A stretch of 64,000 nucleotides of DNA, from assembly GCA_030141605.1 (NCBI GenBank), contig JAQGDQ010000329.1, positions 203,028 through 267,027 on the forward strand, in the 5' to 3' direction. Positions 38,728 through 53,200 of this stretch are shown in pieces (within the stretch, counting starts at the first letter, position 1; every line of letters begins with the position of its first letter). A program made the translations under genes and the position numbers. This stretch comes from Tubiluchus corallicola. Lineage: Eukaryota > Animalia > Priapulida. Under the pieces are notes generated by a model. That model made no database searches. It worked only from the letters and a program-made list of their open reading frames with translations, and was not told where the DNA came from.

Positions 38728-41225
38728 GATAGGCATATTTTAGCACTCACAGTTCGATCTTAGATTTGGGGTAGTAACATAATGCGCCTGATAGATATAC
38801 GGGATGTCAAAATATTTTGACAGATATTAGAAGTTTTTGTATCCCTATACGATAGCTAGTTCTTGGTCATGTGCCTTCGTCGTGAAGAAAACTTCTTGAA
38901 AGGCAATATTTTGCACTTGAGATTGGCAGTCGAGGTTTCATTTCGAATACCAATCAGAAGAGTTTAAAACGTTTCATAAATTTATAGCATAACACATGAA
39001 GTTTAAAGATTTCAAACAGAAAGCTGCAATTGTCATATTTTATTATTTTTAAATCCAAAAACCGGACTTTTGTGAATCCAACATTTTTAGTCCCGTAGAT
39101 GTTTTAGGCCTGTGTTTCAATTTGATTTTACTATATTATTATTGCAACAATTTTAGATAATATACAACTTTTTTATAATGTTTAAAACAACTTATATTTG
39201 TATTGAATTATTTTATCTTGAAATTTGCATGTACTTAATTCTGTACTTTTTAATTTATTTTACGCACCATTTTTTCAGACTAAATGTCGGCGCGAAATAT
39301 AATAATTATTACTATTATTTCAAAAATGCTTGATAATTGCAGTAAAACTGTAATTCACTAACGCTGAAAATTTGTTTTCATGAATTTTAGCTAGAAAGGG
39401 CTAGGGTATTAATAGTTACAGTATTAGAAAGTTGTTACTAGCAGCTAATTCAAGAAAATGCTGCGATATTTACTAGTGACCAGCATATAAGTAGTGTCGA
39501 AAATTATAAAATCTGAGAAATACGATAAGATGGAGCACGCTTTGATGTACGGCATGCCGGCAGAGTTGCAAAAAATTGTACAGAATTTCTCAGAAAAGAA
39601 ATGAGCGTGTGCTTTAGCTATGGTACAAAATATTTGCAATCACTTTTGGTGGGGGTTCGTCGATATAAAATGGTGATGCCGATGATTTAGTGAAACGCTT
39701 CCAATCTGTTCTTCAACACTATTTTAATAGGTCTGCCTGATATGATGAAGCTTCGACTTAGCAACATTGTAATCAATTCACTAACGCTGAAAATTTGTTT
39801 TCATGAATTTTAGCTAGAAAGGGCTAGGGTATTAATAGTTACAGTATTAGAAAGTTGTTACTAGCAGCTAATTCAAGAAAATGCTGCGATATTTACTAGT
39901 GACCAGCATATAAGTAGTGTCGAAAATTATAAAATCTGAGAAATACGATAAGATGGAGCACGCTTTGATGTACGGCATGCCGGCAGAGTTGCAAAAAATT
40001 GTACAGAATTTCTCAGAAAAGAAATGAGCGTGTGCTTTAGCTATGGTACAAAATATTTGCAATCACTTTTGGTGGGGGTTCGTCGATATAAAATGGTGAT
40101 GCCGATGATTTAGTGAAACGCTTCCAATCTGTTCTTCAACACTATTTTAATAGGTCTGCCTGATATGATGAAGCTTCGACTTAGCAACATTGTAATCATA
40201 AGGAGATTACATCGAAGAAAAAAGAGAAAATTTTGTTTCATGCGAACAGCGAGTGTTACGAAAAGCTTTCAAGGGTACTGAGTACTTTCAAAACTCACTA
40301 AAGTAATTAGAAAATTGCGTTTTTTATTCATATGTCTGCACTTGAAATGTTTCATTATGTTTTACTAAAGCAAGCACCAAAGAGACTTTATCCCCCTCTT
40401 AGAAAACAAGTTAGCGAGAATTTAGCCAACATTGACTGATGAAAATGTCAACATGAGTCATGTTCTCCTTCTAGGATATCGTTAACCATCGTACAGAAAA
40501 ACAACAAAAAGGTTCCACGAAAGAAATGTCTATGAAAGAAAAGATTACAGCTGGCGCAGAATGTTACTTTGTGAAATTTTCAGACGCTATTATATTTAGT
40601 GTTTGTGAAATTTGGGCGATTAAAGTGTTTTTATTTTCCACAGTTTTAAAACAAGGAAGTTAAAAAAATAAGCTGAAGTTTAATAAAAAAAACTGACTAC
40701 TTCCTAGCTTAACATGTTCAATTTTTGTGATACAGCTGAAAACTTCTGATACAGTAGCGTTTTGTTTGTTTTTCGCATACGCGCGTTTTGTGAAAAGCGT
40801 TAGAGATACCATTGACGTCAATCGAAAACTAAAACAGCTTATTTCTGCATGTAGAAATTGCTTGTCAATTTTAAATATGATATAGTTATCCGCTTATAAT
40901 CAATAATGCGCGAACATTCTACAAGTGTTCATTTATTTATCTAACTCAAAGCTAACAACAGCTTTTACAGAAGCAAAATTATAGACCGAGTACAATAGCT
41001 GGCGTCAGAAAATAATGGCTTTGCGTCAGCAGTTTTGTAAGCTATAATCTTCCGAAACCGAACCTCTGAGCAACTCGTCATCGCTCCTCTTGGTGACGGC
41101 GACTCCAAAAGGGACGTTTTTGTTACAGGCTGTTCTGTCACAATTTTGAAAAAGTGTAGTTAGGTCCGTGAAAGCGTCCTTTAAGTGACACCATGGCCCT
41201 CCCGCCAATTCTAAATATGCCTACT
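38728..41225 (+). mobile_element. Decayed Mutator-like (MULE) DNA transposon
   Basis: Broken plus-strand translation gives DVRHAG.., ICNHFWWG..GDADDLVKRFQSVLQH and HMSALEMFHYVLLKQAPKR, resembling the DxWH / NHFWW / LExFHS..LKYAPKR motifs of animal Mutator-like transposases. Short inverted ends TAGGCATATTT / AAATATGCCTA; boundaries tentative. Confidence 0.55.
39352..40197. repeat. 423-bp apparently perfect tandem duplication
   Basis: AATTCACTAACGCTG starts at 39352 and 39775; identical 64-aa ORFs offset by 423 in the ORF track. Confidence 0.95.
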
Positions 41226-44218
41226 ATACACACACCGTTGAATGGGCTATCTAACCAATACCAGCACTCCCCTCAGCCCATTGCCGATTACTAGAAAAAG
41301 AGGCATAGGTTTTGCGAAAATGAGTGAGAAACGGCTATTTTTGGAAGTTTTTCGCCCCCGTTCCTATCAATGAGACGACATTAGATCTTGAATAGATTTT
41401 GCAAACTAAGAAGAGTTTGCTCATCTATTGATGAAGTGGATCTAGTGGAATCACAGGAATCACTACAGCTAGACCTTTCGTTACCAACCTGATTGAACCT
41501 TTCCCATATTAAAAGTAACAAGGGGAGTCTTAGCTCACACTAACTTGTGTTAGTATTAATTAGCTGTTAGTTTATATGATGACTTTAATCAGTAGCTGGG
41601 GGGGGGGAGGTATTCGTATTGTAATAGCTTTGCTAGAGTGTGCTTTATCGCTTAGGCAGAGACTGATTTTCGAAGTTTTGACAAGGAACAAAGAAACAGC
41701 AACTAAAATGTGACTACAAACAAATATCACAGTGTATTTTTTTATTAACACATCAACAACTCATTAAGCTTGCAAAATTTAAGCAAGTGTAACTTTGTAA
41801 AACTAACGGCGCATTCAAACTGGCGAGTTTTCTGTCTGACACCAACCTTGGAAGTGTGAACTATTTTGACTGTTGGCAAGCTATTGCAAACTCTCCGACA
41901 GTTGAGTTACTATCTAGTGTGAATACTTCAGCGAGTTACTCTGGACACTTCTCGCAGTAAATACAGAGTGTCAGCTGACGCTTACTGTCGGATAGCAGCT
42001 TGTAACAAGTTTTGCTCTATAGTCTGAACACGCTTGCAAAGTTAATGGCAAGAAAACTCACTAGTCTGAACACTGAACGCGCCATAACACAATGGCAGCT
42101 AAAACATGTTCGCTGTAAATAAATGTATAAAAATGTTCTAATGAATGTATTCTATTGCATATACTATTTTGCGTCTTGTTTAATCAAATCTGTTTGCTTG
42201 GGGTAATGTAAATCACAAAAAGGTGTGTCTACTCAGTTTTTAATTCAGTTCATAGCACATTTGTATTTCACTACTCTTGGTAAACAAAGGGCCAAACAGA
42301 GCAAACTTCTTTACATCTTATAATTCAAAAACTTATTTACTTGAAATCTTAATAAAATGCCACTTTCAGTTTTTTTAAATGATGGTGACTGCATGTACGA
42401 GGGGAAAAAGGGGGAATTTTAAAATATCTCCTAAAAAACTTTCCATACAAAGTTATATTAGTTTGCATTGTGCTTACCTGTTCTAAAGACTTATATAACT
42501 AGAAAAAACTTAGTTATTTAAAATGTTTGTGCCAGCTGGTAGATGTCACTGATTCACTTTCCCAGTGTGCACCACTGAGTCACCAAAAAACATATTATTA
42601 ACATTACTAACAAGATAAAGCAATTTATATTTATACTTTTGCTTAGTTAGTAAAGTGTGCCCTACAAATGCTATGATTATTTTCTTAAACTTTACTCAAT
42701 TTTATCTAAACTAGTTTCAAACGACCTACCATCAAAATGGCTGCTCCTAACAGTCATTGCGAGAGATTAAATTTTCACGTTTTATACAGTACTGCTGTTA
42801 ACACAAGCTCTTCGAGCAATAAGGCAGTATATAAGTGACACAAAATTTCAAGATGAATTTCTCTAGCTTTATGTAAGTAAATGGTTTTCTTGTTCTGTTA
42901 ACAAATACAATTGTTACGTGTGGAAACTTTACTGATGCCATCAAAACCAGAATGTCACAATGTAAATGCAATAATAACTTAGCTGCAGCGAGCCATCACA
43001 TCATTTTATACACCATTATATTTTTTACAGTGACGCCAAGTACACAAATACTTTAATAAAAAAATAAATTACAGCAAATATGAATGAATTATTGCAGTGT
43101 TTTACACAAGCGCACTATATGCTGAGGTGACCATACAGAGCACAAAATATACATAATGACCTCACAGTTTTATAACTAATTAAAAGGCACAATGGCTATG
43201 AACTACATACTCTGCATTTGGGCCATCTGATTCAAAGCCAAGTTACGTAGAAAAGTAATGCAAGTTACGCTCTAGCATAAAATCATTTATATATTTACTG
43301 AAAAACTTGGATAGTTGTTCAAAGTCAACACTTAACATTATCATGCATGGGTCTTTGGAAAAAGTTTGACAGAGTGACCATTTTCAAGCTTGTACTTAAC
43401 TATATTAATCACAAAAACGATAATACAGTGCACAACAGAAAAGCAAACTCGATTTACAAGTATAATGGCAATGTCATACATTACTATCATATTTAGCAAA
43501 AGATAAAACAGTTTATAGTTTTATAAATTCACACTTTTAAGCGCATTTGGCTATTTGGAAATCACAAAATTACTTTCTGCACAATTTATGTTATGAGTTC
43601 GCAAGGGTAAATAATAAAATAATGCTACACCTCGTTATAATGCCAACCTCATTTAATGCCCAAATTTTTAGCAAAACAAAAATATTTGTATTTGCATAAA
43701 CACGTATGCATTAATGCAAAACTCGTCTAATTACTGCCAACTTTTTTGTAGTGCCTACTCAGGCTGTATAAAGAGGTTTGAGGATCTAAGAATTTTGTTG
43801 ACAACCCACTGATAGTTACTTGCACCCAAAGCAAAAGTTATTACGTTACCAATGAAATCTGGGTGTAGCGAGTTCAGTACACACAAAAGCTACTGCTATT
43901 GTACTACTGTTCAAGCAAAAGCAAAAAGGTGGAGAAAAGAACCCTGCCCAAAAGGCTGTCACACCTCACCTTCAACACTAATCAAATAACATCATAATGC
44001 TCATGTCACACTTTACAAGCTTAAAAATTCACAAAATTGGCTTTTTACGGCATGATCAAAGCTTGAAATAGTCTACTAATACAGTTAAAAACACGTTATT
44101 TAAAACAATAATCTTAATAAAAAACTCAGTTAAGATATAATGCACAAGCTTGTCAAGTGGCCAACAGTATTTACATTTTGGAAATGGAATGTGTGTGAAC
44201 AGGAAATAAAAATCTTTT

Positions 44219-47200
44219 TCAGTATATATAACCTTCATGAGGAGTTTTTGTTTTCAAACTCTGCATCACATCTTCTACCTGTTCTTCTACTTTACCATAA
44301 TGTCTTCGAGAAGGTCGTTTTTCGCCCTTCCTCCGTCCTTCAATAATGACTGCAATTATCTGAAATAAAAGCTTAATTTCATTGACTTGGGCAATTTTAA
44401 TTACAAGTAGAAAATTCTAATGTCAGGTAGAGATACAATATTAGTCTTGAAGCCAAATGTTTTTCAGATTTCAGATTGTCTTGTTGGCACCAGTTTGTAT
44501 CAGTATTAGTCTGATTCCTATTTCTTGCATATTGCTACAGATTTTGTTCTTGGTCTTAACCTTTACTCTTATTTACACAAAATGCACTTAATGTTAATTT
44601 TAAATGTTAATTATTCATATCACCAGATAGTGCATGAAAAAGTAACATACATGAAAAAGTAACATAATTACGCAAAAATGTTTTGAATGCAGCATATTTA
44701 ATAGGTCTGAAACTGCTTTCTAGGAAAAAAGTAATGTCCGTTCCTACTCTCAGAACAGTCTTGATTTTGACAATCTTGGTTATAAATGTTAGAGTCTTAT
44801 TATTGGTCTTGAACATGGGTTTTGGTCTCGACTACTCTTATCTCGACGGTCTTTGTTGCCTTAGTGAACACCACAGTACAGTATTTTTTATCTTAAAATG
44901 ATCTCTTAAATTTCATCTGTGCATTCTTTTGGTATGTCTAAGTTGAATTTAGCACTGAACTGCTGGTGGCACCTGGTTCGGGCCTGCAGGTACAGAGGTG
45001 GAGCAGCCTAATAATGATTTGCACATAACCACAATTAAACAAAGCTGAAGATTTAACTACAAAGAGATTTAAATATTACAAGGCCTAAACTAACTATGAC
45101 AAGATTTTAAACAAATTAAAGAAAAACAGAACAAAGAAATAAAGGCCTATATTTTCTACATTTTTACTTTACATCTCTTTGTTTTCAATAGCCTACAGTT
45201 GGCATTGCTAGTACTAATTCTGCCACAACATTAGCTAAATGTGTTTTTATGAACAGTAAAACCTCATTATAACGTCCCCTTTTATAGTGCCTACCTCACT
45301 TAATGCCCAATTTTTTGGCAAAACAAAATGTTTATATTTGCATAGATGTGTATGTATTAATACACATCGTTATAATGCCAACTTTTTTGCCGTAGCAAAC
45401 TAGATAGTAAAAAGAAATTTGACTGAATCTGTCTTATTATTACAAACAACAAATAAAGGAATATCAAGTTACAATAACAACCTTGTTTTTATTATGGAAG
45501 AGAACGTAGCCAAGTATACAGAATGTTACTGCAAAGAGAAAGTATGCCATAAAATGTGTGGTTGGAGGAGAGTACGTCATTTGTGTTACATCGTTTTGAA
45601 CTTGTTCAACTGCAAACAAAAACATTATGAATCATTATGAAATGTCATTGTTTTGAATTGGAAAACTTGTATCATTAGGTTTGTTGTCACTGTTTAAGTG
45701 TTACGTGAACTATTATCGTAAGCATTATCGTAAACATCACAATAAATTTTAAGTTTTGAAATGCTTCCTAAAAACTTTCTGAATTACAGTAAGAGTGTAA
45801 TGAGAGATCGGGAAACAATAATCCTTGTGTATCTGCACTGCAGAAATGAAATAATATGGCATTTGGATAATTGACCTTTAGTTAAAGCAGAACTGACTTC
45901 GATGATAATTATTTTGGACACCCAGAATTTCTGACATACTATAACTAATAAAAACATATACAATCTGCACAGTGTCCAATACATAGCATAACCACTTTCA
46001 AAAAATAAAAGCTAGTCGACTAGTTAAACAAGATGTCAAACTACCATCTTTTCTCTAAACATTGTCCTGGTATAAAGAAAGCTTATGGGTAAAAATATTT
46101 AGATGATTAAACAGAAACAACTGAAAAAATCATTTCTACCAACAAGAGTCACATTTGACTAATTTCAGGCTGTACCATGTTTTTTATTTTGTTCTTTCTT
46201 TCTTAACTTATTAACTTAATAGTTATATATTCTTAAGAAACAGAATATTTAAAATTTCAAAACCCGTTAAATGAATAGCAACAACTTACTTGGCACTTCA
46301 TTCGGCTGTTTTTCTACTCCTGTTCCAGGTTCTTCATTTGCTCCTACAAAAACAAAAAAAACTAATGTTGCATACAAAATGTACCGCTTTTTTAAATTTA
46401 TAAAATACATAACATAGTTTCTATTTTTAATCTTATTTTTCATTCATTTTGCTTTTTGAGCAATAGCAGCATCAATGATAACGATAAAACTAACCAGCAT
46501 TTGGCAAATCTTCAGTATCCCCACCAACGATGTCTTGCTCATCATCTCTTTCTGTTTCTTCTGGGCCATCATCTGTAAACACGAAACATGAACTATGCCA
46601 GGAAATACTGTTATCACCCACAATATGTATATATTCGTTGCTACAAGCAGTACATAATTCAGAAGCAAGCAATTTTCATCTTTGGCAAACCAACAACTGA
46701 ATCTGAGGATTAATGTAAATGTGCCAAATGCAGACCTTTTGTAAAATACCTAGGCATTTTATATAATACCAGTGCATTTCAGGAGAAGTACGAAGCACAT
46801 TTTTTGTTGTCACACTTTTCCTAGACATTTTGTGTAATAGGTAGGATCTACATGGAATGCGTAAACTGGTTTTTGCAAAGTGCAGAGTAAACACAATTCG
46901 TGTTGAATTTAACTTTTCCTAGATATTTTATACAATATGTGAAATGACTTGGTCAACATATTAAATTAAGGGGATCAGTGGATCGAGCAAGCCCTTAGTT
47001 AATAACCCTAACCCTACATCTCTAACCCTAGCCAAAATTAATTGTGACTTTTTCTTAACCAAAACTGTAACTTCTGTCCGTGATTTTTCCCTGTGACTTT
47101 AGCACTGCCATATTTAACAGTCGCCTATATGAGACCTAGTGCTGTAAGCTTGCTTTTCTACAGGTCAACCATTCAACCAAACCACACTTTTACAATAACG

Positions 47201-50200
47201 AACAATCAATAGCCAGCTGCTTTTTGTACCACATGATTAAGTATTTACATAATTGATTAATTGCTGCCATTTTTGTCACTCAGAAAACAATCCTTCGATG
47301 CATTAGCTTGCCTTTCTTCTAAGCCAGTGTAAAATCATTCTTTGGTCTTAAGCACAAAATCAGTAGGTATCCATCCTGTACAGAACACAAAGCGTAACAC
47401 TTCTAACAGCAGACAGCAGCTGCTAATAAAACCATTATGTAACCTGAGCATTCACTTGAAGTGTTTTTATCACACGAATGCAAGCACCTTCAATCCTTGC
47501 TTAAATCCATTAAATATCTAAACACGGCTTATTTCACATATTGCCTAAAACAAAATTTGCGTAATATAAAATGTCTAGGAAAATCATCCCAAAACAATTG
47601 GCTATTTGTTTTGTTTTTCTATGGCATTTGGATAATTGACCATGTTTTAAAACAGAACTAACTTCGATGTAATTATTTTGGATACCCAGAACGTTTAAAA
47701 AGCTAAAACTATTCAAAACATGTACAGTTTATACAATTTGAAATTCAGAACAAAAAGTTAATATATTTCACAACCACTTTCAAAAAATAAAAGCTTGTCG
47801 ATCAGTTAAACGTAATGTGAAACTATTTTTTCACTAAACATTGTAGAGGTACGTTTAGACACTGCAAACACATAGTACCAATCGAAAGTATAAATTCTAT
47901 GAGCAAGAGTCACATTTGACTAATTTCAGGCTTTACTGCGTTTTTTTATTTTGTTCATTTTGTCTTAGCTTATTAACTTGTTAATGATACACTCTTAACA
48001 AATAGAATATTTAAGATCCGTGTATTGAAGAACAACAACTTACTTGATGCTTTATTGGGTTGTTTTTCTACTGTTGTTCTAGGTTCTTCATTTGCTGCTA
48101 CAAAAACAAAAAACATTTGTTTCTATTTTTAATCTTATATTCATTTATTTTGCTTTTTGAGCAATAGAAGCAAACAGCAGCATCAATGACAACAATAAAA
48201 CTAACCAGCATTTGGCAAATCCTTGGTATCCTCACTAACGATGTCTTGCCTATCATCTCTTTCTATTTCTTCTAGGCCATCATCTGTAAATACAAAATAT
48301 GAAACTATGCCAGGAAATACTGTATGACCCACATCTTAGGCAACCAAACAGGCTGAAAATTACAGTCTAACTCACATAAGCTGCCGTTTAGGGCATCTCG
48401 CCTATGACAAAAAATGGAAACTAGCGATGATCTTTATGGCTTAATCTATATTAAGAGGGTGACCGGAATCTGGATGATTGCTACAGAAGATATACATGTA
48501 TGTATTTATCGCTAAAGACAGTACATATACCAGAAGCAGACAATTCTTCTGTTTGACAAATCAACGAGTCAACCTGAGGATTAATCTATAAGTTACAGAC
48601 AATGCGCAAAATTTAGATCTTTTGTAAAATACCTAGGCACTTTATATAATCATATTATTATTGTAATATATAATTATACTAAACATAATTGATTTCGGGA
48701 CAAGTATGAAACACATTTTTTGCTGTGATCGTGTCACACTTTCCCTAGATATTTTGTACAACAGGTATGTAAAGTGGTTTTGGCAAAGTGCAGAATGAAT
48801 ATAATTCATGTTGAATTTAACGTTTCCTAGATAATATATACATACCCAGACATTTTACACAATGCGAGAAATGACTTGGCAAATGTTTAAATTAAGTAAG
48901 TGGGTCAAGAACAGACCTTTGCTGCATTAGTTTGTCTTTTTTCTAAGCTAGTGTAAAATCGGTCTCATTTTAAGCACAGAATCAGTAGGTATTTCTGCAT
49001 CCATCTTGCACTGAACATAAAAAGGTAACACTTCAAACAGCAAACAACAACTCTTAATGAAACCATCACGTAACCTGAGCATTTATTTGAAATGTTTTTA
49101 TCACACAAATGCAAGCACTTTCAATCGTTACTTAAAGCCATTAAATATCTAAACATAACTTATTTCACACATTGCCTAAAACAAAATTGGCATCATATAA
49201 AATGTCTAGGAAAATTATCCCAAAACAATAGGCCATTTGTTTTGTTTTTACATTAATTAAGTTGTATTCAACATTCTATACAATGACTAGGAAAAGCTGT
49301 AAAAAACTAAACACACCATACTTTGGTTACACAAACTTTTGCAACATATGTAATGCCTAGGAAAAATATAAAAAAAATATTTTAGACACTTTACCTGGTT
49401 TATTTTAGCACTTTGTAAAATGACTAATCATTTTGTAGAATGTCTCGCTTCACATTTTACCTGTCTAACATATATTGCTAGACAAACCTGTTAACACTAC
49501 TAAAAAGGAATCCAGCTAAACATTTTCACTCTTTTCAAGAGTTTTAAGCAAAAAGTCAAGATAACAACAACATGGTAAGGGATGTAAGAAACTGAAGCCG
49601 TTATTAATACTATTAACTTGTACCAGAAGTGGAAAAAGTCGGTTCTGTATAGTTCAAACCATCAACTGCAACTTGATCTGCACAATAATAAAAATGCTAA
49701 TGTTATGTAACATAGATGACAGTTGAACAAATAAACTAAAATGTACTAGAATGCTTAAAGAGGAAGAAAAGAGAATTTTAAAGTATATCTCAAAGAACTT
49801 TCCATGTAAAGTTATGTTACTCTGCATTACGCTAACCTGTTTGAAAGACACATGTAAATGGAAAAGAAAATTCTTTGTGTAGTCTAAATATAATGTTTAT
49901 GCCACCTGATAAAAGGACACTGCATCGCCATTCCAGTGTGTACCATTGATTCACCGAAAAACACATTATTGATTTTATTAACAACACAGAGTAATTTAAA
50001 CTTTTGCTTAGCTAGGGAAATGTGCACTACGCATGCTCTGATTATTTTTCAAATTTTACGCAATGCTGTCTCAACATGTTTCAAACACCTTATGGTTAAA
50101 ACAGCTGCACCTCTGCGCCTTATGGCTAAAATAGAAACACAGACCTGCTAGATAATCAGCTGCATTAATTTCCATAATTTACTGTAGCTAATTCTAACTT

Positions 50201-53200
50201 AATCGTACATTAAATATTAACTTTATATTGTTCACGTCATATCAATTAGTTTTAATAACTACAACGATGCCACCAAACCAACAGTTTCTATATCATGAAA
50301 AGTGTGACTGATTCGATAACTTCTGTTTTTTGCCACTCTTTTCCCTAGGGTATGAGTTATTTACGATATTTGTGTAACCTTACATTTACTATCGTAGGAA
50401 AAAATAAAAAGAATCTGAATCTGCAATATGCTGACAGTTTATATTTTAATGTTGCTCGATTATATACGATTACATTTCTACAACGAGACGTACGTCAGAG
50501 ACAACAATGATAAATAAATGTGCACAATATTTTTTCCTCAGTTACTTACAACATACCATCTTTTGGTTCTTCTTCGAAATGTTCAAATTCTGGTGCACTT
50601 TCATCTGCAAAACAAAATGATCCGTTAAATGAGTTAGAGAAGCTGGTGCAACTATCAAGAATAACGAAAATTGTAAAATATTAAATGTGGCAGCATAATA
50701 AACACTGAGGCAACATTCCTACTTGACTTTTTGTGACATTTTCTGACATCACAATACACGCATCTGCAAATAAATAAGATAATTCTTTTGATGAGTAAAA
50801 CCAAATGGAATTGCATTTTTTTGTTTTTATTGAACTCTTTTCTGGTGAGTTGAGCTGAAAAAGCTTAACAATTTATTGGAAAGAAAGAACCATTCAAGCA
50901 CACCCTCTGCAACACTGCTATAAGACGTGGCACAAAAACTAATGAAAAAATCTGACAATTAGGCGACTAACACCAAATTTTATTTTGACGTGAAAGAATA
51001 AGAAAGAAAAATACAAAAAAATGTTGCATAATATTGTCAATAGTAATTTTTGGGGGCATTTTCATATTATTAACACATAAAGATATCACCCTAAAAAGTA
51101 TACACTCACATACAACACAGAACCACAACCACAGCTAGGGGTGTTCGAGGATCGGGATGGATTGACGTTTGGGTCAAGATTAGCACTTCATGACGGTTTG
51201 TGGTGCGCATTTCCGAGGTTCGCGATCGGGATGAAATGTTTGAGATAGGAGTTCATGACCCAGAATCATAAATATAATTATCAGCAAATGGAAACGTGAA
51301 AATTAGAGCAAAATTCATATAATTTTATCTTCAACTTGTTACTTATAAGTGAATGACTGTAAAAAACCTCTTTATACCCCCTATTTCAAACTGCAAAAAA
51401 GTTGGCATTAAGCGAGTTTGGCATTATAACAAGGGGCATTAATGCATTCATGTCTATGCAAATATAGGCATTTTGTTTTGCCAAAAATTTGGGCGTTAAG
51501 TGAGGTTGGCAACTTGGCATTATAAGGGGGAGGGGGCGTTATAAACGGAGGTTTGACTGTACAGCAAAATCAGATTAAAACACTCACCAGGCGATTCAGT
51601 CAAAGGCTTGTCGTTTACATCCTCAGAGGGTTTTTCATCAGTTTTACCTAAATACATTGCACAATATTAGCTGTTACATTATTATTATTACATTATAAAA
51701 CCAACAAAAAACTATATTCTTTCACTTATCAGTAATAGATGGTACATGCAAAGCTTAGACATTCACAAAGACTATTAAAAATTAGATCATTTACAACCAC
51801 ACAAAAATAACAACACATAACAGGCACTTAAATTTTAATAAATCTGGAAGGTAAGAAGTTATGTGCTCATCAATTCAACTAACACAGCCAAAGTTAAGTT
51901 CCGAAAATTAATTTCAGGACATACCCTAATGTGGATAAGACACCTCTGCCATTCAGTATCTCAACTTAGAGGATTATCTTTAGTAATGAGCTACACACCA
52001 GTCCTGACACACACGTCACCATAACAAGTATCACAATTTAAAGCTGGATGCTGAATTACAGTGCGCCGACAAGAATAAAAAATGTAGTAAACTAGAAGAA
52101 AAATTCAACTTGGTATAAATGTCAAGAATTTGTAAACAAAATTTTGGCTGAGAACATTTGCATCTTAAAAATGTGCTCTAAACTTGTATTACTTTACATA
52201 TGCATGTGGTTAATGATTTTAAAGCATGGGTTAGTGTACCTGGAAAAATGCACCACAATAGAAAAGTGTATTAAACCAATATTTACCAACTGGGTATTTG
52301 TTAACTTCTTCACTTAGTTCTGCACTTCCACCTGCAAATATTTAGAGGAAAACCGGACTCAATCTTAAGCTATAACTCAAACCAATCTACTTCTTAAAAG
52401 ATTGAAAAGGAGCATACTATTTTTTTCAAAAATGACTTACGTGAAATAATTATTACCACAGAAACGTAATTTTGCATTTGTGGGGGTAGTTCTTCCCCGT
52501 TACATACATTTAGCCACATGCTAGTTAAACAGACAGTAGCGCCTGCATTTCAAAAACATGTTGCACAAAAAACAAACGCTGCACCTGTCAGTTTAGAAGT
52601 GTTCGGATGTGACATTGTACACACATTCAAAAGCTTATTTGTGAGTACAACGTTAAACTTGAAATTGGAATTTAAAATTTAAAAGTTGCCACGTTTTTGT
52701 GTATTACACCGAATGTTGTACATGCACTACTGACAAAAGTCTTAGAACACATCTATACATATATTACGTTTACGATTTCTGTTTAATATTTTTCTGACTA
52801 ACCTCGAAGATTTGCAGCACCAGCATTTTCTGGCAAAACAGATTGTTGCGGCTGATCTAAAAAAATATGGATAAATAAACTACGCATACATAGCCACTAA
52901 AAATCTTAAAACTTCAAATGCAAAGCTCAAAAAGCTGTAAGCAATAAAAACGAAAAATCGGATAAAATAGACCAAAATAAATTTGTTCCTACCAGCAGTA
53001 AACTTTGTCCGTGCTGCACTTTAAAGTAAATTTTGTTAAATTACTTTTGCATAAAAAGCCAAATGGCCTCATTCATATTAGTAACAGCTAAAGGGGATGT
53101 GATTGCAGGTGAAAGAATAACATCACCCCAATGTGTTTCAGGTTTAACTGGAGGCAGTTAGCAGTTACTATAGCCTCTCTGGATCTCATGCTTAACTGGA

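Noticed and set aside
50723-50763. Additional small exon of paralog B
   Set aside because: 41 nt, breaks the phase-1 symmetry and would frameshift.
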